From the NCBI GenBank assembly GCA_965644295.1, contig CBFFRP010000168.1, positions 58,640-122,639 on the forward strand: DNA of 64,000 bases, written 5' to 3'. Each line of letters opens with the position of its first letter. Position 1 is the first letter of the stretch. The translations under genes were made by a program, and so were the position numbers. Under the pieces are notes generated by a model. That model was not told the DNA's origin. It ran no database searches and saw only the letters and a list, made by a program, of their open reading frames with translations. The DNA comes from Paraphysomonas bandaiensis (Eukaryota; Protista; Chrysophyceae). This document shows, one piece after another, positions 36,702 to 48,504 of the stretch.

Positions 36702-38879
36702 GTGTCAATATCTCAACAAGAGAATGTACTTGATTTCTTTCTATGGTTTCTAAAATTTTCAGATCTTGCTTTCAAATGGTCAACTATAGACAAGGAATGT
36801 TTTGGAATATTCTATTCTATCTTTAAGTTGTCGTACTACTTGAGAGGAAAACACTTTACGATTATGACGGATCATGCAAATCTAAAGTGGATGGAAATTT
36901 CAGTGGTTGACCGAATAGTTCGAATGAGAATGTTCATGCAAAACTTTGATATGGATTTGTTACATTTCAAAGGTAAACTAAATCGTTTCGCGGATTGGTT
37001 ATCAAGAATGGGGCAGGAGAGAGCAGCTTCTTGTGTCATGTTGTTAGATCTTTGTCTTGAAGATTCATGTTCAGATATTGAATTGTGTCTAGGAGTGGAG
37101 TATGAGAATTCTAGTCTGTTGTCGGAAGACCAACTTTTTATGTATGATGAGAGTGGTATGTTGTCAGCGGAGGCAGATGATCTTGCTTGTGTTTCAGAAT
37201 TCCCAGAGGAACTAGTCAAAGCCTTGGATGAGTTAGCTAGTCAGAATTTACAGCCAAAGTCTCTAAAAGAAGCTTTTGATCTAGTACACAATGGTAGAAT
37301 GGGTCATCACGGAGCTAAGAGAACATGGTTGAAACTTAGTAAGGTATTTCCGGGTCATACCTTGACAACAGAAATTATCCAAGATTTTATTGATCGATGT
37401 CCTATTTGTCAAAAGTTAGGTTATGATATGAGTACATCGTTGCAAGCACCGATAAGAGCATTAAATCTTGATAATTGCAGACATTTTGTGGGTTTCGATA
37501 CATTGACTGTTACTCCGGTAGATGCTAATGGTTATTGTTGTATTCATGTGGTGAAACAATTACCATCTCGCCTAGTAGGAATATATCCAGCTCGTAATTA
37601 CTCAGCAGAGGGAGTGGCACGTGCTTTGTTCAGTTACTTTGTCACATATGGAATTTCTGAAGTGATGGTATCGGATCCAGGTTCGAATATCACAGCTAGG
37701 GTTGTTCAGTTACTCCTGAAATGGTTTGGAGTCCGCTTTAGAATGTCGTTAATGAATAGACATGAGTCCAACATGGTGGAACGAAGTAATCGGGAATTAT
37801 TGCGTTTTCTTAGTGCATTGGTTCATGACGAAAGATTAGAAAATTGGAGTGACCCAGAATGCTATTTGTTGATACAATTCATTCTCAACGATGAAATTTC
37901 AAGTGAGACGGGTCTTTCACCTTTTGAGTTTACGTTTGGAACAATGGATTCAAAGTATTTTCATATCCCTGACAGTTCTTCAGATGAATTTGCTTCTTCG
38001 ACTTATATTTCCAATTTCAATGATAACCTTAAAGCTATCAGGAAAATTGCGTGTGAAGTTCAGAAGAAAATTCAGAATAAACGTATGTCCAAAACCCCAG
38101 CAGAGAAAATGACTCAATATCAACCAGGCCAGCTTGTTTTGTTTAAACTGGATGTAACAAAACATATGCCGTCCAAATTATATCCTCGATTCAAAGGACC
38201 GTATGAAGTAGTATCCACGTACAAGGCCGATGTTATTTGTACTCATTTAGTAATGCGGTTTGATGTGACGTTACATATGTCTTGGTTGAAGCCATTCTTT
38301 GGTAGCAAGGAGGAGGCTTTTCGCATAGCAATGATTGACTATAGGCAATTTTCTCTTGACAAAGTGGTGGCTTATAGAGGGGACCCCGAAAAAAGAACTA
38401 CTATGGATTTCAGAGTTCTCTTCTCCGATCAATCGTTGTTGTGGATGCCATATTCTACTGATCTTGCGACAAGTGAAGCTTTTCATGAATATATTTTCAG
38501 TGTCCCTGAATTGTTTCCCTTACGTTTTTCTGCAAAGGAAGCAGTGCAACAGAAGACTAAACTCAAGAAGTGTGTTATATCCACTGTGATACCTGGAGAC
38601 GTTGTCTTTGTTAATCTTCGAGCGTGGGGTGCAGACTTCTATGACGCTTTAGAATTACCTAATGCATATGATACTCTCTATGTAGTTCAATGTGTCTATA
38701 AGCGTTGGGCGGGCCGCAAAAAGATCACTATTGATGTGTATTGTTCTCTCTTTAACTCTACTTTTGAATGGTCAGCCTATGATGTCCAGAACTATGGAAC
38801 TACACGAGATTTTAACCCTGACACCATGGTTCTGGTAGACTCCGCCTTCTGTGCCAGATTTCCCAATATCCTCTCTTAA
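36702..38879 (+). CDS. G1 partial pol: RNase H C-terminal half, integrase and chromo-like domain
   Basis: WSTIDKECFGI..., TDHANL and NRFADWLSR (RNase H). HNGRMGHHG...CPIC zinc finger. GFDTL / SDPG / NMVERSN (DDE). GPY motif and LDKVVAYRGDP chromo-like segment. Confidence 0.9.
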   Translation: MSISQQENVLDFFLWFLKFSDLAFKWSTIDKECFGIFYSIFKLSYYLRGKHFTIMTDHANLKWMEISVVDRIVRMRMFMQNFDMDLLHFKGKLNRFADWLSRMGQERAASCVMLLDLCLEDSCSDIELCLGVEYENSSLLSEDQLFMYDESGMLSAEADDLACVSEFPEELVKALDELASQNLQPKSLKEAFDLVHNGRMGHHGAKRTWLKLSKVFPGHTLTTEIIQDFIDRCPICQKLGYDMSTSLQAPIRALNLDNCRHFVGFDTLTVTPVDANGYCCIHVVKQLPSRLVGIYPARNYSAEGVARALFSYFVTYGISEVMVSDPGSNITARVVQLLLKWFGVRFRMSLMNRHESNMVERSNRELLRFLSALVHDERLENWSDPECYLLIQFILNDEISSETGLSPFEFTFGTMDSKYFHIPDSSSDEFASSTYISNFNDNLKAIRKIACEVQKKIQNKRMSKTPAEKMTQYQPGQLVLFKLDVTKHMPSKLYPRFKGPYEVVSTYKADVICTHLVMRFDVTLHMSWLKPFFGSKEEAFRIAMIDYRQFSLDKVVAYRGDPEKRTTMDFRVLFSDQSLLWMPYSTDLATSEAFHEYIFSVPELFPLRFSAKEAVQQKTKLKKCVISTVIPGDVVFVNLRAWGADFYDALELPNAYDTLYVVQCVYKRWAGRKKITIDVYCSLFNSTFEWSAYDVQNYGTTRDFNPDTMVLVDSAFCARFPNILS

Positions 38880-41639
38880 TTTAGAATTTTCCTAATTTCC
38901 GGAATCTCTTATCCGTTGGAAGGAAAAAGAGGGTAGTGTCACGCAGCAGTATACACTGCGTGTATTTGTATATAGAATACTGTGCTGTATATAGTGTGTA
39001 TATATCGTATATATCTGGAGCAGTATATGGTATATATATGGTATACATATGCATATAGAGGTTGTCATATACAGGGTATATTCACTGTATTTGGGACTTA
39101 CCTTTATCAGTTTACGACATTCGAGGTTTTCAGTTTAGTAGCTGAGATACGTTTTTCAGTTTCTGACGGCGATTCACATTTGATTTGGACTGAAGTCCAG
39201 AACTTCGAAGTTTTAGTACAAAATACGTGATTTCGTAAATAGTCGAAGTTTTCGTATGTGAATATTGGTTTTAGTACGTGAATATTGTTTTTCGAGTGTG
39301 AAGTGTTGATCGTAGTGTAGTGTTGATCTACGTTGAACGAGATGGGTGTTTGCTCATTCTTGTCACTGACTTTATAATTTACTTTTCTTAAAGAGCACCT
39401 ACGGTTTGTTAGTGTTTCTGGCAGTGCGCCCGTCGTTGCGCCCTGGACAGTATCGCAGCCCGCTGGCGGATACTATTTTGGTGGGTTGTAGAGTCTAGAC
39501 AAGAGATCATCTTTTCTTGGTCCATTCAGAGTTGAGTCACGGTTTGTGAGTCATCTGCGGGCACAGAAAAGTTACAGAGGGTCCTGTGAACGAAGCCACT
39601 GCAATACCTGCAAGTGACCACCATTAGCAGCAGCTTCGCAAGTCCGTTCATTCCAGGGACATGGAGGGTCCTGGTCACGAAGCCACTGCAATACCTGCAA
39701 GTGACCACCTCTAGCAGCAGCTAGGCAAGTCCGTTCATTCCAGGGACATGGAGGGTCCTGTGAACGAAGCCACTGCAGTACCTTCAAGTGACCACCATTA
39801 GCAGCAGCTTCGCAAGTCCGTTCATTCCAGGGACATGGAGGGTGCTGTGAACGAAGCCACTGCAGTACCTGCAAGTGACCACCATTAGCAGCAGCTTCGC
39901 AAGTCCGTTCATTCCAGGGACATGGAGGATCCTGTGAACGAAGCCACTGCAGTACCTGCAAGTGACCACCATTAGCAGCAGCTTCGCAAGTATCTTCATT
40001 CCAGGGACATGGAGGGTCCTGTGAACGAAGCCACTGCAGTACCTGCAAGTGACCACCATTAGCAGCAGCTTTGATGCAAGTCCGTTCATTCCAGGGACAT
40101 GGAGGGTCCTGTGAACGAAGCCACTGCAATACCTGCAAGTGACCACCATTAGCAGCAGCTTCGCAAGTCCGTTCATTCCAGGGACATGGAGGGTCCTGGT
40201 CACGAAGCCACTGCAATACCTGCAAGTGACCACCTCTAGCAGCAGCTAGGCAAGTCCGTTCATTCCAGGGACATGGAGGGTCCTGTGAACGAAGCCACTG
40301 CAGTACCTTCAAGTGACCACCATTAGCAGCAGCTTCGCAAGTCCGTTCATTCCAGGGACATGGAGGGTCCTGTGAACGAAGCCACTGCAGTACCTGCAAG
40401 TGTCCACCTCTAGCAGCAGCTAGGCAAGTAATTTCATTCCAGGGACATGGAGGGTCCTGGTCACGAAGCCACTGCAATACCTGCAAGTGACCACCTCTAG
40501 CAGCAGCTAGGCAAGTCCGTTCATTCCAGGGACATGGAGGGTCCTGTGAACGAAGCCACTGCAGTACCTTCAAGTGACCACCATTAGCAGCAGCTTCGCA
40601 AGTCCGTTCATTCCAGGGACATGGAGGGTCCTGTGAACGAAGCCACTGCAGTACCTGCAAGTGTCCACCTCTAGCAGCAGCTAGGCAAGTAATTTCATTC
40701 CAGGGACATGGAGGATCCTGGTCACGAAGCCACTGCAGTACCTTCAAGTGTCCACCTCTAGCAGCAGCAGCACAAGTGTCTTCATCCCAGGGACATAGAG
40801 GATCCTGGTCACGAAGCCACTGCAGTACCTGCAAGTGACCACCTCTAGCAGCAGCTAGGCCAGTAATTTCATTCCAGGGACATGGAGGGTCCTGGTCACG
40901 AAGCCACTGCAATACCTGCAAGTGTCCACCTCTAGCAGCAGCAGCACAAGTGTCTTCATCCCAGGGACATGGAGGGTCCTGTGAATGAAGCCACTGCAGT
41001 ACATTCAGGCATCCACCCCTAGCAGCAGCTTCGCAAGTATCTTCATTCCAGGGACATGGAGGGTCCTGTGAACGAAGCCACTGCAATACATCCAAGTGTC
41101 CTTCAATAGCAGCAGCTACGCAAGTCTGACTATTCCATGGGCCAGGAGGTTCCTGTGCATGAAGGCCCACGAGGTGCATCATTTGCTGTAGTCTGCCGTA
41201 TTGTGCACATGTATTCATTAGTTTGATGTGTGGGCAGCCCATAGCCAGAGCCCATGAGACCATTGAGTTGGTCATACAGTAGTGAGATGCATGTGACTCA
41301 AGTCTCTCTCTGCTCTTATCAGTGTAGACGATATCGTGAAATCTCTTACAAGTCATGATCACTGGAAGGACAGCCGTGTGTGGGATCATAGAGATGATGA
41401 TACGAAGAACATCATCGTTAAGAGCAGATAGAGTGATTTCACTCATAGTTTATATGAGGCTGATAGATTGCTAATACACTGCAAAATAATGATACCAGAT
41501 CAGATATACACACATATATATACAGTACAGGAGTACGGAGTACATATATTCTAGATACTAGAGAAGGGGACAGACCATAGAAAAGATCCTCAACCACAAA
41601 GACACATACACCGTCACGTACGTACAGTAGTAAAAATAC

Positions 41640-41780
41640 ATACACACATACCTACATACCTACCTACATACATACATACATACATACATACATACATACA
41701 TACATACATACATACATACATACATACATACATACATACATACATACATACATACATACATACATACATACATACATACA
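41640..41780. repeat. (TACA)n microsatellite upstream of the ankyrin gene
   Basis: Directly visible. Confidence 0.95.
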
Positions 41781-43772
41781 GACATCGTAGTGAGCGTAGC
41801 TTTCAGAGACATCTGAGCTGAAAACTACGAACTATGTAAAAAACTACTATTTCCGATCACTGAATTTTCAGAATTCAGTATTTTTATGTTTTTATGCACA
41901 ATGAGCAAGAAAATTACCAAAATATTGGATATTGGTGTGACAGTATTCCTGGAACTGTGAATTCTAGATTTCTCGTCATGTGTGATATAAAATGGGAGTT
42001 TTTATACACACTGGATTTCTATAAATAAACATATATGTATGGAATACCTACAGCGCAACGCGATGAGGGTCCGCGAAAGAAAATCGCGGTTTATCATGAA
42101 ATCGCGATAAAGGTTTTTAGCATAAAAGTGGCAGTATTGGTATATATAAATCCCTGTTTTTCCTTTAAAAACTCTATTGTTGGAGTTTTTCTGACATTTC
42201 GTAGCAGTTGTGAGTGTCGTGATTACTAGACATCAAGTGCACATATCTTACACTATATACTATCATATGCTCACATAACTGTAGTGTATAAATGCGCACA
42301 CGAAAAAGAAGAGCATCTTCTTTTGCATGACATCTCGCACGCCAGTTGCCGATAGACTCTGATAAATGCGTTCATGAATATTACATAATTAGAGCAGCAT
42401 ACACACCACAGTAAGAAGCGGTGGGGTCCCTAGTGCCGATAGCAGTTACTATCCACTGCTCTCACTGATTCTTCACAAGGTCATGATGATTGTGGAGGAG
42501 AGCGGAGTCCAGACTACTGCCTTCTAATCACATCGCCTCAGCTTATATCCTTAAGAAGAGCTGCATCACCCCTCCAGCAAGAGTATATGCTGAGGACCAC
42601 ACCCTCGAGCATCACTGACTTGTATGCCTGCTGGAGTAGCAGAGTGATATGAGTATGCAATGGAGGATGATGAAGCCGTTGAGGGGGAGGAGCCCTTCGT
42701 TCCTGGTGGTGTCAGTGGCTTGCCCAGATGGTCCAGAAGATCAGAAGTCATATATAGTTATGGCGACTATCACCACTCTCAATATTACCTCTAGACTCAT
42801 CCCAGTAGTATTGCCACAGGATCTTGTCCTGCTCATCTAGAGCTATGTCTTCATAATACATAGTACCATGTAGCTAACACGTTGACTAATATCAGCGCAG
42901 GGATGGGACGATGTGTATGCCTCAGTTACTTGCGGTCCTACGTCATCAATCAGTGTCCTCTGAGTACTGGTCAGAGGATACTCCCCTTGAATCCGCATGC
43001 ATGCTACCCCCGCAATATCATTTCAATATATTGCCAATAGCGATATGGTCTTGTTATCTACATAGGCTTCTGTCATGCCTGTATAATACTGTTAATTTCC
43101 GATGTTAACAAATAATGACAGTGTACAGTACAGTATGATAGATAGCCAGCAAATAAATGTGATAGAGTTTGCTTTGTTCAGTAATTTCCATTAGTTTATT
43201 ATTTATTGCTCATTTCTGCAACAAATCTGGATAGTGACAATTTCTTCTATTAACTAAAATAAGCAGAATCATGTGCGGAGTAGCACTGTCATATAGAGAA
43301 TGTTGTTTCCATATCTGTGATCTAGAGACCGAGCAAGCGCTAAACTAGAGACTAGGTGATCATAGATAAACACTAATAGTGTATTATTAGTATTGGTTTT
43401 AATGTAGTTGCTCTATTCCAAGACCTGTATGAGTCTTACAGGAACAGGAAACAAACACGTAAATAACGCCGTAGTATTATGCAGTGATTATATCATATTC
43501 TTAAGCTTGTATAAATTAATAACAAATTGCACTAATCATATAAAAATATTAATATTCGTCATCTTTGATATCTGTTTTTTTGTTTGTTGTTTTATGACCT
43601 CTTCTTCTCTTCTCAAAATTTCATGTCGTCTATGATATCTTCTTTCAAAAGTTGTTGACTGTAAGAGTCATAGTTGCTCAAATCATCCAGTATAGAGTAG
43701 AATGTTTCGTCGAAAAGTGTTTCGTCGAAAAGGCTACTCCATCTTCCGGTTTCCGCTGTATATTCATTTTTG

Positions 43773-45796
43773 TCAGATGTCATAGTCGCTCAAATCATCC
43801 AGTATAGAGTAGAATGTTTCGTCGAAAAGTGTTTCGTAGAAAAGGCTACTCCATCTTCCGGTTTCCGCTGTATTTTCATTTTCGTCAGATGAACATGATT
43901 GGCATCGAATGTTATTTGTCACATTCACCGAATTCATTCCATCGTTTATTTCTTTCCCAGAATTATTATATTTAGAGCGTTTATTATTGGTTTTGTTTTC
44001 TTTAATTCGCAACACGTCATTTTCTTGTGTGCGATTTTCATCAATTAGTAAAAAATCATTCTGCTTGCGCTTGGTATGCCTCACAGGTGTGCGATGCAAT
44101 TCAAATTCAGAGGAGAATGCTTGGTTGAATGAGTTACTCCCAATTTCGGTTTTCATTGTAGATTCTAATTCGTCAGATGAGGATGAGTTACTCCCACTTT
44201 CGGATTCCACTAAAGTTTGGTCTTCGTCAAATGAAGTAGAAGAGTGTAGACGGATAGTGTTAGAGTTGTAGTCGCCCATATCATTCAGTTCAAATCCAAA
44301 AGCAAATGTTAGGTTGGATGAGATATTCCCATTTCTGGTTTCCACTGTAGTTTGGACTTCAGATGAAGCAGAAGAGTATTCAAGGATACTGTCAAAGTCA
44401 TTGCCGCTAAAACCATCCCGTTCAAATCCAAAGGAGAATGTTTGGTGGGATGTGTTACTCCCACTTTCGGTTTCCACTGAAGTTTGGTCTTCGTCAAATG
44501 AAGTAGAAGAGTGTAGACGGATAGTGTTAGAGTTGTAGTCGCCCATATCATTCAGTTCAAATCCAAAAGCAAATGTTAGGTTGGATGAGATATTCCCATT
44601 TCTGGTTTCCACTGTAGTTTGGACTTCAGATGAAGCAGAAGAGTATTCAAGGATACTGTCAAAGTCATTGCCGCTAAAACCATCCCGTTCAAATCCAAAG
44701 GAGAATGTTTGGTGGGATGTGTTACTCCCACTTTCGGTTTCCACTGAAGTTTGGTCTTCGTCAGATGAAGCAGAAGAGTATTCAGGGATACTCTCATAAT
44801 TATCGTCGCTCAAATCATTCAGTACAGATCCAGAGGAGAATGTTTGGTGGCATGTGTTACTCCCACTTGCGGTTGCCACTGTGGATTCTATTTCGTCAGA
44901 TGAACTTGATTGGTGTCGAATGCCATTTTCTTGTGTAAAATTTTCATCATTTTGAGTTCTTGATCTACTGGGCCTGTTCATCACGGTCATGGGAGGCAAT
45001 TCTGTAGGTCCAACGCCAGAGCATTGAGCCACAATACGAACCACAACATTTTTCTGAGGAACTTGTTTATTAGACCCCGTCTTTATTGGCTCCACTCTGA
45101 ATTGCATAGTGCACTTCCCATTTCTAAGAGGTACTTGTTTGTCTGATTTAACCACAGTTCTCTCGGTATCGTTGCATTGAGCACTGCACAGCACGCCTTC
45201 GAGCGACGTATCATTTATCGCATTTCCACTCTTATCTTTGGTACTGACATCGACCGTGATGCAATTTGTCTCGTTTTTTGTATAAAACACGCGCGAAATG
45301 TCTCTGATGTTATCAACATGTAGTTTTGCCCGTATGACGCGATATGTTCTGCATGACTCACAACTCAGGCGGCCATCGATGGTCCTCGCACGTATACGAA
45401 AACTCCTGCCAATAGTCTTTACTGTAACGGGAAACTCAACATAACCTTCAGGGGGAATGGTTGCACTTCGTGTCTCTTCCATCTCCTGTATGTATAGTTA
45501 TATGAGGGAAGATAAGGGTGAGAGAGGTTTGATCCGCACCAGTCTACAGTTCGGATCAGATGCGTCCACAATCTCCACTTCCGTGGGAATACTATCCCTG
45601 AGGAATATACAGTATGAGCATAGTAGCAACAGCAACAGTGTTATATTGATGAGATGCACCTGCTGCGTAGTAAAATGGAGCCTTCCTCTGTGCTTCTGAC
45701 GTGAGACAATTGGACACGAATCGCATCGCCCATAAACACAAACTCCTCTTCATGTGATTCATAACCAGGTGTTGTTATGTTCAGGCCTGTCGTCAT
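43773..45796 (-). CDS. Gene X copy 3, with a different repeat region (two 267-bp units) and an earlier stop
   Basis: Near-identical to copy 2 outside the repeat region and has the same two introns. A local duplication near 43665-43880 gives a stop at 43773-43775. Confidence 0.7.
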
Positions 45797-47850
45797 GGTG
45801 GGCATTAATTATGCATCGATGTTGTGTATATTTGTAGCACACTCGAAGCACGAGTAGCACAAGTGAGGACATTTAGAAATTCTTGGAAATTGCCGGTCCG
45901 TATCTTTCAGAGACATCTGAGCTGAAAACTACAAACCATCTAAAAACTACCATTTTCGATCACTGAATTTTCAGAATTCAGTATTTTTATGTTTTTTAGG
46001 CACGATGACCAAGATAACTGGATATTGGTGTGACAGTATTCTTAGAATTGTGAATTCGTAGATTTTCTCATCATTCTTGCTATCGTTTTAGTAGAAAGGC
46101 TGGATTTTGGGGAATATATAGTCAATACATGTAAACGAGGTTGTACATGTATGATGGTATGTATTTCATAATACAGTGGTATGTATTTCTATCTGTTGAT
46201 GATATGGTGCGTATCAGCATCCTTTGTATATTTTTGTTCCAAGATGCCTCTAATATTGAGACAACAAATATATGTATTCCAGCTGTAGTTGTACTGTAGT
46301 AATATAGACAATTTATACTTCAACTTATTCCCGAATCCATTACATTATGAAATTATACGCATCAATGAAGGTCTATGTCATCAGTAAAACATTCATCTCA
46401 GCTCTTCCATAGACTTACTTCGACGGAGTTGTGTATATGGATCATAAACAAGGCGAGTTGTTCCTCCCTATGATCTCAGAGACAACAATACAAGATCTAT
46501 AAAGAGGTACACACAGAAAGGCTCAGAGCGCCCTCATTGCCCCCCTTTATGTGTGTGGTATGACACATAGGATGGTAGAATAAGGTGAATACAGAGCTAG
46601 CTTAAGCCACTAGAGCTACCAGTATGGCTATGTATATGTATATATATATGGGGTAGGGAATGTATATGCATGTATATATATATGTATGTGTTCCATTAAC
46701 ATCAGTCTGTATGTACAGGACGATGAATACGACTGAGGTGTCATATTTATAGATTACAAGTATGATATTTCAGCTGTGGATATACTGTGGAGAGGAATTT
46801 ATCGAAGAAGTCATCCACAGAACACACGCAATGTATGTTTCATTGAATTGTATGATGAGTACTCACAGATATCCCGTATCATGAATTCCGACAAGAGTTG
46901 CGTATTAGTTGTGGCATGATGTATGTATTATAATATAGTAACGTATGATACTATGTATTACATACTATACCCTTTATATGTAATAATATATGTGGTATAA
47001 TATATTGCTGGCAAGAAGACACTGGGTGATATGTAATTGATGTAGGATGGCGAAACATTCCAGCCTCTTTCTTGGCAACAAGCTTCGGATATGCTGGGAG
47101 TGGAAGTGTAGTTCGCCTGTTTAGCTGTGTGCGGTGGGAAATCTCTATTACCCCATGTGTTATTAGTTACGTGTTAATATATTGGTTATGTATGATGTGT
47201 GCTTAGCTCCATATAGTAATAATGTACTTTGAACTGCCGAACTATATCATTACTTTTACGTTTTAACTGTCTTTTAGAAAGCAATAAAGGTGACGCACTG
47301 TCATCTAAACTGTTGCATACACTTTCATATGAACCGTGGTATAAAATGTCATCTGAATGATTGTTGCATGCACTCCTTATGAACTCTCATACGACATGCT
47401 GATGAACTGTTGCGTGCACTGTCATCTAAACTGTTGCATAAACCGTCATATAAACTGTCAATAGACTGTAATAGGAACTGCCTCTATTTTACCAGATATT
47501 GCTTACTAAGTTGTAGAAATAATTTCTTCATCCATAATGTAGTCACCTCCGTTACCGAAGTATCATTTGAAATCTCTCCAGTAAGAGGGAGGTACAATGA
47601 AGAGACTACTGGTGGATCTCCATGTATGTCTCATATCCATGATTCAGAGAATAAGTTTATCTTGCCGTTGTAATACCTTACTGTCATCGTGCATAGACTC
47701 TTTGAGACTACCTCCTGAGCGTTTGCGATCGCTGTTTCTGTCTTCTTATCAGTTCTCAGTTATATATCATAATGATATAATGATATGATATGGTTCCACT
47801 CTTCTATGATACTGTAGACCATACCACTATACGTACTATATACTATACAG

Positions 47851-47967
47851 CAGGGCCTGGTAACCGTTAATGGTAATGGCATTAATGGCCTTTAACGGCC
47901 ATTAAACCATTATAATTGCCGGGAACTGGACTTTCATTAATGGGCCATTAATGGTTACCAGGGCCTG
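47851..47967. mobile_element. 117-bp hAT-type MITE
   Basis: TIRs CAGGGCCTGGTAACCGTTAATGG / CCATTAATGGTTACCAGGGCCTG. 8-bp TSD CTATACAG (47843-47850 / 47968-47975). The paralogous site at about 24269-24276 has a single CTATACAG. Confidence 0.9.
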
Positions 47968-48504
47968 CTATACAGAGTACAGAGTACAGAGTATCCCACT
48001 ACCATACATAATCCACGAGACAATACATATTTCCTAAAATCCTGACTTTTACAGCAGATAAATTTATTTGCTTGCTACAATATAATATTTATTATATTGT
48101 TACCTGGCCCCGTATAGTGTACATATAACAAATCATACTACTAATATAGTTCACAAACTTCCGGAATAAGTTTCTCACAATTTAACCTTGGGATAATGAG
48201 GCTACATGAATGAATAATGTTTTCTGAGAAATACAATACAAAACTTGTTGTTCTTATATTATTATTCACTATTACAGATAATTATGATATCAGTATATAT
48301 ATTTCCAGTCAAAAATGACATATGTACTTAATCTATTATGAACACCAAATGCACATTACTTGGGTATCAACGCGTATATTTATCTGAAAATTCCAAGTGA
48401 ACCCAAAATCAAGCAGCAGGTCAGCTGCAATGGTGCTAGTTTTCTACTTTCGTATCACAATCATTGGATGACAACAGTGTGTGTTGATTGTGAAATAACG
48501 GTCT

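Larger units (their letters stand above)
33031..39576 (+). mobile_element. Gypsy-type LTR retrotransposon (element G1), non-autonomous, lacking protease and RT
   Basis: 640-bp TG...CA LTRs at 33031-33670 and 38937-39576, apparently identical. 4-bp TSD GAGG (33027-33030 / 39577-39580). PPT GGAAGGAAAAAGAGGGTAG just before the 3' LTR. Confidence 0.95.
31077..41446 (-). pseudogene. Intronless F-box-like + CPW-type ankyrin repeat gene (~45 repeats of 25-26 aa), split by an LTR element (coding 41446-39577 and 33030-31077)
   Basis: N-terminal LSALNDDVLRIIISMIP...MTCKRFHDI is F-box-like. Repeat is CPWNERTCEAAANGGHLQVLQWLRSQDPP. Frame is continuous once the element and one GAGG are removed. There is also an in-frame TAG at 31660-31662 and a deletion/frameshift near 31440. 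Confidence 0.85.

Noticed and set aside
31077-41446. Diversity-generating retroelement (variable repeats, lectin domains and RTs in one window)
   Set aside because: No template/variable repeat pair with adenine-specific differences was seen; the RTs belong to Copia and Gypsy polyproteins.
11455-41446. Endogenous giant virus region
   Set aside because: Only ankyrin and EEP genes are suggestive; no capsid, polB or packaging ATPase genes, and neighbours are intron-containing host genes.
46100-47480. Possible gene remnant with short repeats (CACTGTCATCTAAACTGTTGCATA)
   Set aside because: No sustained ORF or recognisable motif; cannot be supported.
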